DNA of 64,000 nucleotides from a virus. Its lineage: Duplodnaviria; Caudoviricetes. The notes under the pieces are model-generated. The model was not told where the DNA came from, ran no database searches, and was given only the letters and a program-made list of their open reading frames with translations. Positions 47,400-58,227 of this stretch are shown piece by piece. Both the position numbers and the translations under genes were made by a program. Every line of letters begins with the position of its first letter. Position 1 is the first letter of the stretch. The stretch covers positions 96,001 through 160,000 of IMG/VR virus record IMGVR_UViG_3300044551_000092; one strand, given 5' to 3'.

Positions 47400-49862
47400 A
47401 TGAGCAGCCAATTCCTAAATGATTTTCTCTTAACGATGCCAGAGATTCAGCGAAAAAAGATATTGGAATTGCTGGAATTAAAGCAACAAAAAGGTTTTAT
47501 CAAATCAGATGAAGAATTTCAACAAGAACTTAATCGTTTAATGAAAGATCTTGAAAAATATAACGGTCAGCCGACATTCAACCCGATTTCGCAAAGCGGC
47601 CGTACAAACTCAGATGCTTATAATCAGAATATGAACGCGATTCTGTTTGATTTAAAAACTTTGTTTGATGCTTCGAGTCAAATTGATCAGTTGATTGACG
47701 ATAACCAACGCATCTCGCTATCAAAGTTGTCCGACCTGCAAAAACAGGTTCAGACTCTAACGGCACAGGTTGATAAATTTAAATTACTGATCAATTATTC
47801 CAATGCTTTTGATGATGTCATTTATGAGCAGTTCAAAATCCCTGATTATCAGGAAACGGATAAAACTGTACTCAATGAATTGCGAGTAGATCGGTTCGGC
47901 GAGCAACGCCCAGAAACATATGATGCCGAAAGCGATGGCAACAGCCTGCATCTCGCATCTTTTCAGACCCTTGATCAACTAAAGACCAGCTATGGGAAAA
48001 AAACGGCACAGATCAGTGTAAAAAATCGCACTGGTCTTGTTGCATCGAGTACTGAGCATGCGATCGATCAAGCCATTGATGGATCGATCGATACATTCTG
48101 GGCTGAAAATGTAATTGTCGATGACACCATCAATCAAGACATCGACAATCTCTGGGCTAATGACTACAACGGCTATCCGAAGTCTGGCGCACTGTGTGAA
48201 ATTGAAATTATCCTGAATAGTGTCACAGCGGTATCTGAAGTAGATTTCTCACCTTTTACTAACTATCCGCTGGAAGTCGTTAGTATACTTGGCTATGAAG
48301 CACAGGGCACTCAAAGCAAAGTTCATGAGTTGATTTCACCGAATCATACAAATTTATATCAGCGAAGTCAGAAATCAACCGGTAAGATGATTTTTCAATT
48401 TCCGGAAGTCAACATTAAAAAACTGCTTATTCTTATCCGACAGGAAAATTACGTCAAAGAAAACTATATTGTTACAAATGATCAGAAAAACAATCAGCAG
48501 CTTTGGGATAATATGGGCTCGACAGACCAATTTCTTTATGATGAACGAGATCCTGACGAAACGATAGCTGAATTCAATAAAAAGAATGAGGTAACCGGCT
48601 GGAATGTTTATCTACAGAAACTGAAGGAATGGGCAGTTACTGTCAAAGATAGTTCTTTACTTCAAGCAGCTGAAAAGGCTCTTAAAATTATTCAAAACGG
48701 GGATTATAAGAATCCCTTACTGCTCCAATTACAAACGATTTCAGACAAATCTTGGACCGGGAAAAAGGGCGTAAGTGTACCGAATGTCCCCGAACTTTCC
48801 GAACAGTGGTTGGCTGTAAATAAGGTTTCATATTTGTATGGCGCCTATGATATTGGCGTTTTTTCTAAAAAATACTTGGACAATTCAATCTATATTTCAC
48901 AGGAATTGCCCTTTAAAAACAATCCAAAACGATTAGCTTTAACCACTGAAGAGCAAAACGTTGCTATTCAGGTAGATATGGAGCACAGCACTTACGTCAC
49001 TGATATTGAATATTATCTGGCATTTAATGAACATCCAAAGCAAGAAAACTGGTATGCAATACTTCCAACAAATAAACCATACGTACAGGGTGAACTGCTT
49101 TGTGGGCTTAGAAATACTCATACAATTAACGATCAGATTGAGTTCGACCCAGAGGTTGTAAGTTTCACATTGCGTTTTCCTTATTTATCAAAGGATACGG
49201 TAACGATTCGAAGGAATGGGCAGCCCATGCTTTCTAATATGTTTGATCTTTCTGATGACGGGACAACGGTCTCAATTAAACGAGAATTCTATTCGCCGGC
49301 AAGTATCTACACGGCCGATTATAGGCCCGTAGAAAGTGCATTCTATATTGACGTGAACGAGGATGTCGGCCTTACTCCGATGCAATTCAAAATGAAAGAC
49401 GGCACGATCGGGGAGCATTTTGAAGTTGCTGATGCGAATAACAAAATTACCTTGTCTCATTTGCCTTATATCTTCCGGGAGCAGATTTTCTCGATGAATG
49501 ATGGCGATCAATCCTATAAAGAAAACACGTCGCATTACACTTCTGACGATATGTATTATCCCATCATTGTTCGGGTAAATGGGGAAGAATATAAGAATAT
49601 TACAGATTATGCGACCAATTCCTATAACCAAGAACGATTAAAAGAGAATAATGGGAAGTGCTTTGCTCAAATTAACGATCAAGTGATTTTCGGCAGATCC
49701 AACACCGATCTTAAAGATATACAAGTCGATTACTATTTTATGAAAACAAATATCCGCCTTAAAGCTATTTTAAGACGTAATCATAATCTTGATGAAAGTA
49801 TTACACCGCATCTTTACAATTGGCAGCTGCGGAGCCAGACAACAAATATTAAAGATGCCTAA
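47400..49862 (+). CDS. Structural protein family B member 1
   Basis: GQPTF...S..YN....I..DL, coiled coil, AIDGSIDTFW, YLYGAYDI, C-terminal ITPHLYNWQL shared with downstream paralogs. Start ATG 47400 (track start 47385). Confidence 0.55.
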   Translation: MSSQFLNDFLLTMPEIQRKKILELLELKQQKGFIKSDEEFQQELNRLMKDLEKYNGQPTFNPISQSGRTNSDAYNQNMNAILFDLKTLFDASSQIDQLIDDNQRISLSKLSDLQKQVQTLTAQVDKFKLLINYSNAFDDVIYEQFKIPDYQETDKTVLNELRVDRFGEQRPETYDAESDGNSLHLASFQTLDQLKTSYGKKTAQISVKNRTGLVASSTEHAIDQAIDGSIDTFWAENVIVDDTINQDIDNLWANDYNGYPKSGALCEIEIILNSVTAVSEVDFSPFTNYPLEVVSILGYEAQGTQSKVHELISPNHTNLYQRSQKSTGKMIFQFPEVNIKKLLILIRQENYVKENYIVTNDQKNNQQLWDNMGSTDQFLYDERDPDETIAEFNKKNEVTGWNVYLQKLKEWAVTVKDSSLLQAAEKALKIIQNGDYKNPLLLQLQTISDKSWTGKKGVSVPNVPELSEQWLAVNKVSYLYGAYDIGVFSKKYLDNSIYISQELPFKNNPKRLALTTEEQNVAIQVDMEHSTYVTDIEYYLAFNEHPKQENWYAILPTNKPYVQGELLCGLRNTHTINDQIEFDPEVVSFTLRFPYLSKDTVTIRRNGQPMLSNMFDLSDDGTTVSIKREFYSPASIYTADYRPVESAFYIDVNEDVGLTPMQFKMKDGTIGEHFEVADANNKITLSHLPYIFREQIFSMNDGDQSYKENTSHYTSDDMYYPIIVRVNGEEYKNITDYATNSYNQERLKENNGKCFAQINDQVIFGRSNTDLKDIQVDYYFMKTNIRLKAILRRNHNLDESITPHLYNWQLRSQTTNIKDA

Positions 49863-49865
49863 GGG

Positions 49866-52586
49866 GTGTCATCAGTGGCACAGACAAGCAATAATTCAGA
49901 ACTGCTTTATCAACAAGCAAAAACATTATTTGACCAAGCCAAAGCTAAATTCGATGATGGAACCATTCAAACGGAGCCCCAACTCGTACAAGAAGTATTT
50001 CAATCTTTTCAGAAATTCTTTACGTCAATTGGGAAACCGAGTTTTGTGCCGCGTTATGCAACTGAAAACGGTCCGCTCTGGTCAGAAGACTTTAATTCAA
50101 TGATGGATGAAATTCGTATAGATTTAGAAATTCTCTATCGTGAAGCGGATCTATTGGGTGATGCCCTTTATACGGATTTTAATCATCATTCGGTTCAATA
50201 CACGGCAGTTAAGCAACAATTTTCAGAGGTCAATGATAAACTCAAGGATTTAGAAATATATTCAAAGTACACGACTGACGGGATGCTACAATTTGGTCGT
50301 GATGACTTTTTTAATTCTGATCGTATTGATTATGATAAGATTTCAGGAAAGCCTCTTGAAATTCATAACGGTATCCTGACTTTGCCGACCAAGGAGGGCG
50401 CGTCTAATGCGGCCGCAGACGCGCAGATTTCGATTGTAACGGGTAATAAATCGTTTGGTGACTACATACTGGGCTCCGAGTCAAACGGCTTTCCAGGCAA
50501 CAATGCGGAGGTTTCCGTGGTTGCTGATCCATACCTAACCAATGGAGACAGTTACTTCTTTGTCTCGCGCGATAACAATCATGGAAATTACGGTGCGGTG
50601 CTCGACGGGGATGCTAATACGTGGTTTGAATACGAACGGGTAAACGTGCGCGATCAAGAGAAAATCAGGGTGGCGAAGAATTTAGGTTGGGAATATCAGG
50701 TCTATGAAAATAAAACAATACCCTTTGCTAAAGATCCAGAGAATGGAAGACTCAAACTTCATCTTCAAATTATGCTTAAAAAAGAAACAATTATTAATCA
50801 AATCAATGTGAATATGTATACGCCGCCAAATTATGGGGCGCGGACTGCAAACATTAAAGACATTACCGTTGCAGCAGAAAACGGAATCCCAGAATCCATT
50901 CTATCAAGTGTAACAAAAGATGGTTATTCTTTTCACTTTGAGCCTCGTAAAGTAAAAGTTGTACATATCCTTTTCGAACAGTCACAAAAATATATGACCG
51001 ATATTGGTCATCTCTATTTCAAAAAGAAAATCACAACGAAGAAAAACGGTGACTACGTCTTTGATACGCTGAATCAGAACTATCAGGACGATCAGGCAAC
51101 GCGACTCGACGGGCCGAAGATCAGCCTTACGGATCTCGGTGTCAAAGTAGACGTAAAAAATACCGATGTCAGTGCCTACTATCCGGTCAAGGGAGAAAAC
51201 AGTGATGCCATCTCGCTGCAGGAGATCGTCAACCGGATCACGGGAGATATTGATCTAGATACTGTCGATATGGGTATTGAACGCTTTGAGGGCTGGCGCT
51301 ACTGTATTGGAGTTCAGGATATTGAGATTCTGTCAGCGGAATATGAAACCGAAGGAGAGCTTGTCACCAAGCCGATCTATTTTGAGAAACCGCTGGATAA
51401 GATTTCTTTATCAACCGAAAGTGTCCTTCCTGATTTCATTAAAGAAAATCCCGACATTAAATATGACTGGCTAAAATTTTTTATCAGTATCGACGATGGT
51501 TCGACTTGGAATCCGATTACGCCGCTTGAGTATGAAACGATGAGCATGGATGATCCGCCCAAAATTTATACAATTCATCAAGTGCAAGATAGCGATGCAA
51601 AGTTATCTGATAAAGGCTACTTAGAATCAGTAACTCCCGTATACAGTATCCGTTTACGAATTGTTCTGTCACGGCCTGAAGATGCTGAAATATCTTCAAT
51701 GGGTGCTTCAACTGTTACGCCATATCATAGCTATTCAACGCCAAAATTAAACAATTATTTGATTCAAGCCTCGACGCGAGAGATTGATTTAAATACGGAA
51801 GCATTGGATCAAATTAAAAATCTCAACGTGGAGCCAACTTACCCAACTCATGAATACACGCCTCCGACGGTTATTCCTAATCCAATTCCTGAAGATCCGA
51901 CACCTCCGCCGCCTCCGGCACCGCCGGATGACCATGTGGATCCAAATCCGGAGACACCGCCACCAACTTCTAATTTAAAAGTCATCATGGATAATAAAGT
52001 CGCGGAATGGTGCAGCAATAAAGATTTAACGGTTGTGGGTTCAATTACCAGCAATCTAAATCTAAAAAATGCAATATTACTGATTAATGGTCAAGAAATC
52101 AAAAACGAATCGTTAAATAATATAAAGGAGTATGCCTTTAACTGGACAATTACTTCTAAACAATTACAGGATTTAGGATTTGACATCGATGATCAAGTTT
52201 TCATTCAAGTGGGCGGCACCGATGAACTTAAAACAGGAAGCGACAATGAAACGGTCACGCTTATTGATTGCTCAACACCTCCACCGCCGAATGATTGTTG
52301 GGAATTTGATAAACTATTCGTTCATTACTATAATCCAACCAGTCAAAAGATGGAGCAGATTGAACTTTCCGCTACTGTTTTACCTTATACTGCAAGTCTG
52401 TCTGATGGGACACAAGCTATTATTGGTTGGAATCAAGCAAATTCATCAGCCTCAATTACACTACGTAGTGGAAAATTTATTGTCGATGGTGTTGGCGTTC
52501 ATTATATTGATTTTAATAATAATGAAAAAACAGTCTGGAGTTCGACGGCATCAGGCAATATTCCACCAGATACCCCACTGAGTTAA
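49866..52586 (+). CDS. Structural protein family B member 2 with Pro-rich linker and C-terminal beta domains
   Basis: GKPSF...SEDFN...DL, VLDGDANTWF, YCIGVQDI, STPKLNNY, then PTPPPPPAPPDD linker. True start may be GTG 49875. Confidence 0.55.
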   Translation: MSSVAQTSNNSELLYQQAKTLFDQAKAKFDDGTIQTEPQLVQEVFQSFQKFFTSIGKPSFVPRYATENGPLWSEDFNSMMDEIRIDLEILYREADLLGDALYTDFNHHSVQYTAVKQQFSEVNDKLKDLEIYSKYTTDGMLQFGRDDFFNSDRIDYDKISGKPLEIHNGILTLPTKEGASNAAADAQISIVTGNKSFGDYILGSESNGFPGNNAEVSVVADPYLTNGDSYFFVSRDNNHGNYGAVLDGDANTWFEYERVNVRDQEKIRVAKNLGWEYQVYENKTIPFAKDPENGRLKLHLQIMLKKETIINQINVNMYTPPNYGARTANIKDITVAAENGIPESILSSVTKDGYSFHFEPRKVKVVHILFEQSQKYMTDIGHLYFKKKITTKKNGDYVFDTLNQNYQDDQATRLDGPKISLTDLGVKVDVKNTDVSAYYPVKGENSDAISLQEIVNRITGDIDLDTVDMGIERFEGWRYCIGVQDIEILSAEYETEGELVTKPIYFEKPLDKISLSTESVLPDFIKENPDIKYDWLKFFISIDDGSTWNPITPLEYETMSMDDPPKIYTIHQVQDSDAKLSDKGYLESVTPVYSIRLRIVLSRPEDAEISSMGASTVTPYHSYSTPKLNNYLIQASTREIDLNTEALDQIKNLNVEPTYPTHEYTPPTVIPNPIPEDPTPPPPPAPPDDHVDPNPETPPPTSNLKVIMDNKVAEWCSNKDLTVVGSITSNLNLKNAILLINGQEIKNESLNNIKEYAFNWTITSKQLQDLGFDIDDQVFIQVGGTDELKTGSDNETVTLIDCSTPPPPNDCWEFDKLFVHYYNPTSQKMEQIELSATVLPYTASLSDGTQAIIGWNQANSSASITLRSGKFIVDGVGVHYIDFNNNEKTVWSSTASGNIPPDTPLS

Positions 52587-52603
52587 AAAGGAGCAACGTT
52601 GTT

Positions 52604-53740
52604 ATGAGTATACAGCATGCGGAATTAATGACGGGTGATCCCGAGCCGAAACAATCGGCTCCTTGGATTAATGAAATTAAAAGCAATCAACTAGGAAATG
52701 CACCGTTGCTTTCCGGAACAGGGACCATTGCTTACTATACATTCGGTTCAGATTGGAATAAAAATCAATGCGGGAACGGTGTTCTGTACGATCCCACTGA
52801 TCAGGATTTCAATCCTCCCGAAGTCAATTTTAATCAAGTACCTAGCTCAATTCCATATCACATGTTGGTTGACGGGCATTATCAAGTCCATATGACTGCT
52901 CACGATGATAAATTGCTTGATGCTGTAAGAGCAGCATATGGAAGTGTCCAAATTGTAGACGAGAAGGATATCGGCGTCAATCAAAAAGAATATGAATTAT
53001 TAATTCCTGTAACAGTTCCGCCTAAAAAGTTACTTCAAGCTGCAAGAATTGCGGACATTGTTTTTATATTCGATACATCTGGAAGCATGGAAGATAATAT
53101 TGACAATGTTAAAGCAAATATTCAGGAATTTATTAACTATTTTAAATCACATAATATTGAAGCTTATATGGGTGTTATGACGACTTGGTATGACGGAGAC
53201 ATCGTTAAGCATAATCTACTGCCGGCTGATCAAGTTAACATTGATGATGTGCATGTGGACGGCAGGGACAAAAGCGGCCTGGAAGAAGAGCAAGGGTGGC
53301 GGAGTTTTACAGACAGCAATTATGGATTACCCTATTTTTATTCTGAGTTTCATTCGAACTCAATTCGTCATTGTATCATGCTTACTGACGCCCGTTTTCG
53401 CGATGACATTCCAAACGATTTAATTAGTGCCTTGAAGTCGAAAGACGTGATTGTCTCAATGATTTGTGATCCGAATAATAATAAAAGTTCGAGTGGGCAG
53501 GCGGAATTTACTATCCTATCTCATGACACCGGCGGAAAAGAATACGATATTTTTAATGCCAATTTTTCAGATCAAATGCTGCAGATCGCAGATCAAATCG
53601 TAAATTCAGCCATTTATGGAATAGATGATACATCAATTACAGTCAGTGGCCACGCCACGGACCTGTCCGGCAATGAAGGTTCAAATTCAACAGTATTGAA
53701 TTTTCATGCTGACAATGTGGATCTGGGTGAAGAATCATGA
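52604..53740 (+). CDS. von Willebrand factor A (vWA) domain protein
   Basis: DIVFIFDTSGSM (MIDAS DxSxS), IMLTDA, ILSHDTGGK. Confidence 0.85.
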   Translation: MSIQHAELMTGDPEPKQSAPWINEIKSNQLGNAPLLSGTGTIAYYTFGSDWNKNQCGNGVLYDPTDQDFNPPEVNFNQVPSSIPYHMLVDGHYQVHMTAHDDKLLDAVRAAYGSVQIVDEKDIGVNQKEYELLIPVTVPPKKLLQAARIADIVFIFDTSGSMEDNIDNVKANIQEFINYFKSHNIEAYMGVMTTWYDGDIVKHNLLPADQVNIDDVHVDGRDKSGLEEEQGWRSFTDSNYGLPYFYSEFHSNSIRHCIMLTDARFRDDIPNDLISALKSKDVIVSMICDPNNNKSSSGQAEFTILSHDTGGKEYDIFNANFSDQMLQIADQIVNSAIYGIDDTSITVSGHATDLSGNEGSNSTVLNFHADNVDLGEES

Positions 53741-55869
53741 GTATTCGGCGTATACAAATGAGTCGAGCAATTGAACAGATCGTCAAATATTTTCTGTTTC
53801 ATGGCCGTTATCCTATCTATCAAACGATTACTCATTATTTCTCAGATTGGTTAACTCGGCACAATCCTGGAGAGCCAAGCTTTAATCCAAAACCGGCTCT
53901 AAAAAAGCAGAAGACGAGCTCAGAAAATTATAATAGTAACATTAAACAAATTGATACGGATTTGAATGATGCTTATGAGGCGACAATCGATCAAAATAAT
54001 CGCGTGATGACTAATTTTAGCGCGGTAGAAACGGAGCGGCAGAAACTAATTCAACAGTTGGACATACTTTCAAGCACGATTGACGAGCTTCTGATGGTGT
54101 CGGGCAATGCTGATTTTAAGGATTTTGACGGTAAACTGATCAGTTTCGAAAACGCAGACCAGGTCAATCAGGAAGAAAGCACGGTCCTGCTTGATTTACC
54201 GAATAAGCAAGTGACGTTGAAAGAAAACACGAACCAGGTGACCAAAGTGAAAGTCAACCCGGATCGCGTTACGTTTAAGGCACTCATGCCGGCGGAAAAG
54301 ATATCGGCCTTAACTAAGCTGTCTGGCGCATTTGATGACCAGATGAACACCGCCTGGTGGCAGATCGTCAAAACCAAAACGCCGGGTTCTACCGAAGACG
54401 AGGGTAGCTATGGTATGCGCGCACAGCTCGACATCAATTTTGACGCGCTGCAGACGATTAACGAAATTCGTTACATTGCTCACAATAACAAACCGGTCAC
54501 CGTATCGATCAATTATACGATGGACGGCCAGTCGTTTAGCCCGCTGCCGGGCAAAGACTCTGCCAAGGTCGTCAACCAGACGGCAAACTGGCAATTTCAA
54601 TCTATCTCGGTCAAAGGTATCCGTTTTATTTTTGAAAAAAAGGAGCATGACGACTTATCGGCAGGCATGTATCAATACTATTTTGGGGCTAAAGATATCT
54701 CGTTTTTAAATCGTTTCTATCAACAATCCGGTGTATTATATACCCAGCCGATTGCATTCTCCGACAGCGTCAAGCGTGTCACGCTTAAAGCTAAACACAC
54801 CGTGCCGGCTAATACCGACATCCAGTATCAGGTGGCTCTATATGACGCGGAAATGAATCTCGACGCATTGAATTGGTATGCGATCAGTTCCTACGACGAA
54901 ACCAATCCGAAGTATGCAACGATCGTACAATTTAATACGAAAAAACTACGCGTCGTCAATGCCAATAAAATAGAAAAGACTGGCGAAGTGATTAACAGTG
55001 AGTTACTGTTTCGCCTACTCAAGCCCGACGGCGAAGGCATCGTGTCGCAGACGGATGATACGGGCGAGACCTTTGACTCACTTAAAAGCGCCCAGTTATT
55101 CCGAGGAATCAACCAATGGAAGCGGGAGAAGACATATCTTCCGTTTACCGGCGCGGTACCGCTCAATTCGCAGTGGGATCCAATCGCTGCCCAGACACCG
55201 GCACTGATAAGTGAGAAATATCTGCCGCTCTCAAACGAACTGCCGCTGAACGATAACCCGGCTGATCCGAATAGAGACAACTTCTTTCGGTTTACAATTT
55301 GTATTTATGCAGAACATGAAAATGATGCGCCACTTGGCCTTTCGATGCTGCACACAATCAATGATGAAATAAAAAAACGAATTGGGACTTACTCCATCTA
55401 TTTAAATCGTGAGCGGCTTATTACTGAAAATGATCAGGTCCAAATGCATTTTCAAAAGGGATGGAATGAAATTGTATTATTGTATTGGTTCGGGGACACA
55501 CAAAAACGATCAGACTTTACTGCGGCTAGTATGCCAGTGGTGACTTATCTGGGGCAATTTAATTTTGCCGGTGAAACAAAAGTCCGTGCTGAACTGCTAC
55601 CGATGACTTATACCGATGAACATAATCTGTTCTACAATATCGCACCAAATAATCATGATTACTTTACAATCCATGAACAGCAGGTCTGTTTTAACTACAA
55701 CCCACAAGGTTGCAATTTTCAGTTGCTTTATGAGACTGATTTAACTTCCGGTGATCTAGAAAATGATCTAGAAAATAATCAAGTGATTGTGCGCGCTCTA
55801 ATGTCTCATGAAGCGGGTATGAATGATATTACACCAGCAATAACCAATATCCAGCTTCATGGAAAGTAA
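53737..55869 (+). CDS. Structural protein family B member 3
   Basis: GEPSF...SSENYN...DL, AFDDQMNTAWW, YYFGAKDI, ITPAITNIQL; ATGA overlap with the vWA gene. Confidence 0.55.
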   Translation: MSIRRIQMSRAIEQIVKYFLFHGRYPIYQTITHYFSDWLTRHNPGEPSFNPKPALKKQKTSSENYNSNIKQIDTDLNDAYEATIDQNNRVMTNFSAVETERQKLIQQLDILSSTIDELLMVSGNADFKDFDGKLISFENADQVNQEESTVLLDLPNKQVTLKENTNQVTKVKVNPDRVTFKALMPAEKISALTKLSGAFDDQMNTAWWQIVKTKTPGSTEDEGSYGMRAQLDINFDALQTINEIRYIAHNNKPVTVSINYTMDGQSFSPLPGKDSAKVVNQTANWQFQSISVKGIRFIFEKKEHDDLSAGMYQYYFGAKDISFLNRFYQQSGVLYTQPIAFSDSVKRVTLKAKHTVPANTDIQYQVALYDAEMNLDALNWYAISSYDETNPKYATIVQFNTKKLRVVNANKIEKTGEVINSELLFRLLKPDGEGIVSQTDDTGETFDSLKSAQLFRGINQWKREKTYLPFTGAVPLNSQWDPIAAQTPALISEKYLPLSNELPLNDNPADPNRDNFFRFTICIYAEHENDAPLGLSMLHTINDEIKKRIGTYSIYLNRERLITENDQVQMHFQKGWNEIVLLYWFGDTQKRSDFTAASMPVVTYLGQFNFAGETKVRAELLPMTYTDEHNLFYNIAPNNHDYFTIHEQQVCFNYNPQGCNFQLLYETDLTSGDLENDLENNQVIVRALMSHEAGMNDITPAITNIQLHGK

Positions 55870-55876
55870 GGAGAGA

Positions 55877-56428
55877 ATGGGACCTATGAAAAACTATAAG
55901 CTACCAAGCTTGGTGATGCGTAATGCCCGTAAAAGAGGAGAACGCGAATCTGAAAAGGTGCTTTCAATGGAACATGAATTTTGTTATGACGTGCACGTTC
56001 AATTTCAAGACATTATTGATCAAACGAGTCGAATTCAAACCGATATCAGCAATAAGTTTCAAGGAGAATCAATCGAAAATACACAAAACTTATTGGTTTC
56101 CTATCGAAAATCTATTGCTGTTAACAAAAATCAATTAACCTATCCATTAATACAAGAAATGGCAGTGAGTTCAATTGATCATGTTGTGTTAAAATTAAAA
56201 GGTGGAGATACTATTTCACCAACTGATTACACGATTTTTAATAATAATAGTGTTACGTTTAGAAAACCAGTTGAGGGTATCATTATTGCTTCATTTATCG
56301 CAAAAGTTAGTTTTTATAACCAAAGATATAATGGCCAAGATGATCTTATAAGACGATTAAGTAACCTTAATGCAAGAATGGAACAGTTAGACGAAAGGAT
56401 TAAAGATTATGCGAATGCCAATTTCTGA
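55877..56428 (+). CDS. Small structural protein, family B-related N-terminus
   Basis: ARKRGERESEK parallels ARFRGPTSSNE of the next gene. Start ATG 55877 or 55886 after SD AAGGAG (track start 55859). Confidence 0.45.
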   Translation: MGPMKNYKLPSLVMRNARKRGERESEKVLSMEHEFCYDVHVQFQDIIDQTSRIQTDISNKFQGESIENTQNLLVSYRKSIAVNKNQLTYPLIQEMAVSSIDHVVLKLKGGDTISPTDYTIFNNNSVTFRKPVEGIIIASFIAKVSFYNQRYNGQDDLIRRLSNLNARMEQLDERIKDYANANF

Positions 56429-57653
56429 GCCGGGGCACGCCCGGTTTCGGGGCCCGACCTCATCAAATGAATATAATGATATGGAAGACGATCATTATGC
56501 GGATCTAGTCAATCTTTTTAAAGCAATAAATGATAATGAATTGTCTTTGCAATTTAGCAAGGATGCGGCTTTAACTTCGGATAAGATGATTGGCACGTAT
56601 ATATCCTTTTTAGAGGGGCGTGTAACACAGTTAGAAAACAAGCTCGACCAGTTACAAATCGACCACCTTCGTTCCTCAAAAATCGGCTTAGTCAGTGATA
56701 TGACAGCTCACTACCCAGATCAGGATCAAGATAAAACAATCAACGACAGCCGATGCCAAATCGATTTTCCTTTTCGACATGCGACGCTTCCGAAAACTTC
56801 ACAGATTCCAAAGACTTATTTAACGGATAAAAACAAAGAAGTTGTTATACCGGAACAACTTGAAATTACAGTCACACGAAACAATACTACCGGAGTTATC
56901 GACGAAAACGATATTCGTATGGCCTTTAATGGTGACAACAATGAGTTCTGGATTCGTAAAGTATCCTATGATATTGGAACCGAACCGAATGAGGAGGATG
57001 TTATTGTAGATGTTTCACTTCCTCAGCAATTGGTTAATAATCTCAATGTAAATACAATCCTCATTCATCCACATCCGGAACTGGGGATTGAAGTCAAGAA
57101 TGTCGAAATCAGTACAGCTAACGGCTACGAAACGGTTCCGGGATTTAATCAGGATGAGGTAGCCAGTCTATCTCAGAATCTCTATGCCCCACGGAAGAAA
57201 TACTATTTCCCGCAAAAACCCGTGCAGCATGTCCGCTTGACTTTAGTCCAACATCATCCGATAAAAATGAACGATAAAATGGTTTTTATTCTGGGAGCTC
57301 AAGAAATCGGTGTGTATCTAACTAGCTTTGAGCCTTCAGGAAGCTTTGTTCTCACCCATTTTGATATGTCTAAAGTTGGCGTCTATTCAATCGAATCAGT
57401 CGATCATATTTTTCAAAACAGAGATACATTTAGCTATCCCCGATCTTTAGATAATCTACTTGAAAACAACCTGTACAATTATGAAATATTAATTCCCCAA
57501 AATAATTCTTTGGTTCCCATATCGAACAGTCAATGGTCTAATTTAACGGCTAAGGAAATCTGGGTGAAAACAGTTCTGTATCCGGATCCAGGGATGAATA
57601 ATGGAGTTAATCCCTGCCTTCATGCTGTTCGTTTAAATTACTATCAGTCATGA
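56409..57653 (+). CDS. Structural protein family B member 4
   Basis: RGPTSSNEYN...DL, coiled coil, AFNGDNNEFW, FILGAQEI, VNPCLHAVRL. Confidence 0.55.
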   Translation: MRMPISEPGHARFRGPTSSNEYNDMEDDHYADLVNLFKAINDNELSLQFSKDAALTSDKMIGTYISFLEGRVTQLENKLDQLQIDHLRSSKIGLVSDMTAHYPDQDQDKTINDSRCQIDFPFRHATLPKTSQIPKTYLTDKNKEVVIPEQLEITVTRNNTTGVIDENDIRMAFNGDNNEFWIRKVSYDIGTEPNEEDVIVDVSLPQQLVNNLNVNTILIHPHPELGIEVKNVEISTANGYETVPGFNQDEVASLSQNLYAPRKKYYFPQKPVQHVRLTLVQHHPIKMNDKMVFILGAQEIGVYLTSFEPSGSFVLTHFDMSKVGVYSIESVDHIFQNRDTFSYPRSLDNLLENNLYNYEILIPQNNSLVPISNSQWSNLTAKEIWVKTVLYPDPGMNNGVNPCLHAVRLNYYQS

Positions 57654-57666
57654 GGAGGGGTGGCAG

Positions 57667-58227
57667 TTGAATCGTTATCTAAACGAATTTTTAGATTCGT
57701 TATCAGGACTTCTAAATATAAAAACATTGACGGCTTCCGTCATAGGAGGCTTTATTGTAATGATATATAACTTCTTATACGGAAACGGTAACGTCGAAAT
57801 CATGATAGTCCTGATTGGTGTTACTTTGCTGGACTGGATTACCGGTATAAGTGCAGCTCGTATAGATCATAGCTACAGTTCTGAATATGGAAAAATTGGT
57901 GTAGCGCGAACAGTTTTTATGTTTTTATTACCTGCCGTGGCGCATCATATCGATAATTTTTTAGGTTCTATGAATATCTTATTTTATATGATTGCTTGTG
58001 GGCTAATTTATCATACTTGGATGAGCATGATTGCGAATACAGTGCGATCAGGTTGGGGACGCTGGGTTCCTGTTTGGTTACTGAATCAGATTTCCTCAGA
58101 ATTAAAAGCAAAAATTTATCGTGCAGATGAACGTCGAAAAAAATTCTCTGAAAAAGAAGAAGAAGAAAATAAAATTATAAAGACCGTTTATAATCGAAAA
58201 CAGTCATCAAAAAAACGAAGAAAATAG
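57667..58227 (+). CDS. Phage holin (Phage_holin_4 / toxin-secretion type)
   Basis: About three hydrophobic helices, LLDWITGISAA...SSEYGKIGVAR signature, basic C-terminus; TTG start, SD GAGGAGG. Confidence 0.85.
   Translation: MNRYLNEFLDSLSGLLNIKTLTASVIGGFIVMIYNFLYGNGNVEIMIVLIGVTLLDWITGISAARIDHSYSSEYGKIGVARTVFMFLLPAVAHHIDNFLGSMNILFYMIACGLIYHTWMSMIANTVRSGWGRWVPVWLLNQISSELKAKIYRADERRKKFSEKEEEENKIIKTVYNRKQSSKKRRK

Noticed and set aside
52560-52606. Possible frameshift joining the 906-aa protein to the vWA protein at TTAAAAAGG
   Set aside because: The downstream gene has its own SD (AAGGAG) and there is no canonical slippery heptamer; cannot be supported without homologs.
1-57653. Extracellular contractile injection system or tailocin instead of a phage
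   Set aside because: The adjacent SSAP-primase-helicase module, phoH and RNAP favour a replicating phage; head genes are probably outside the window, though this cannot be shown here.
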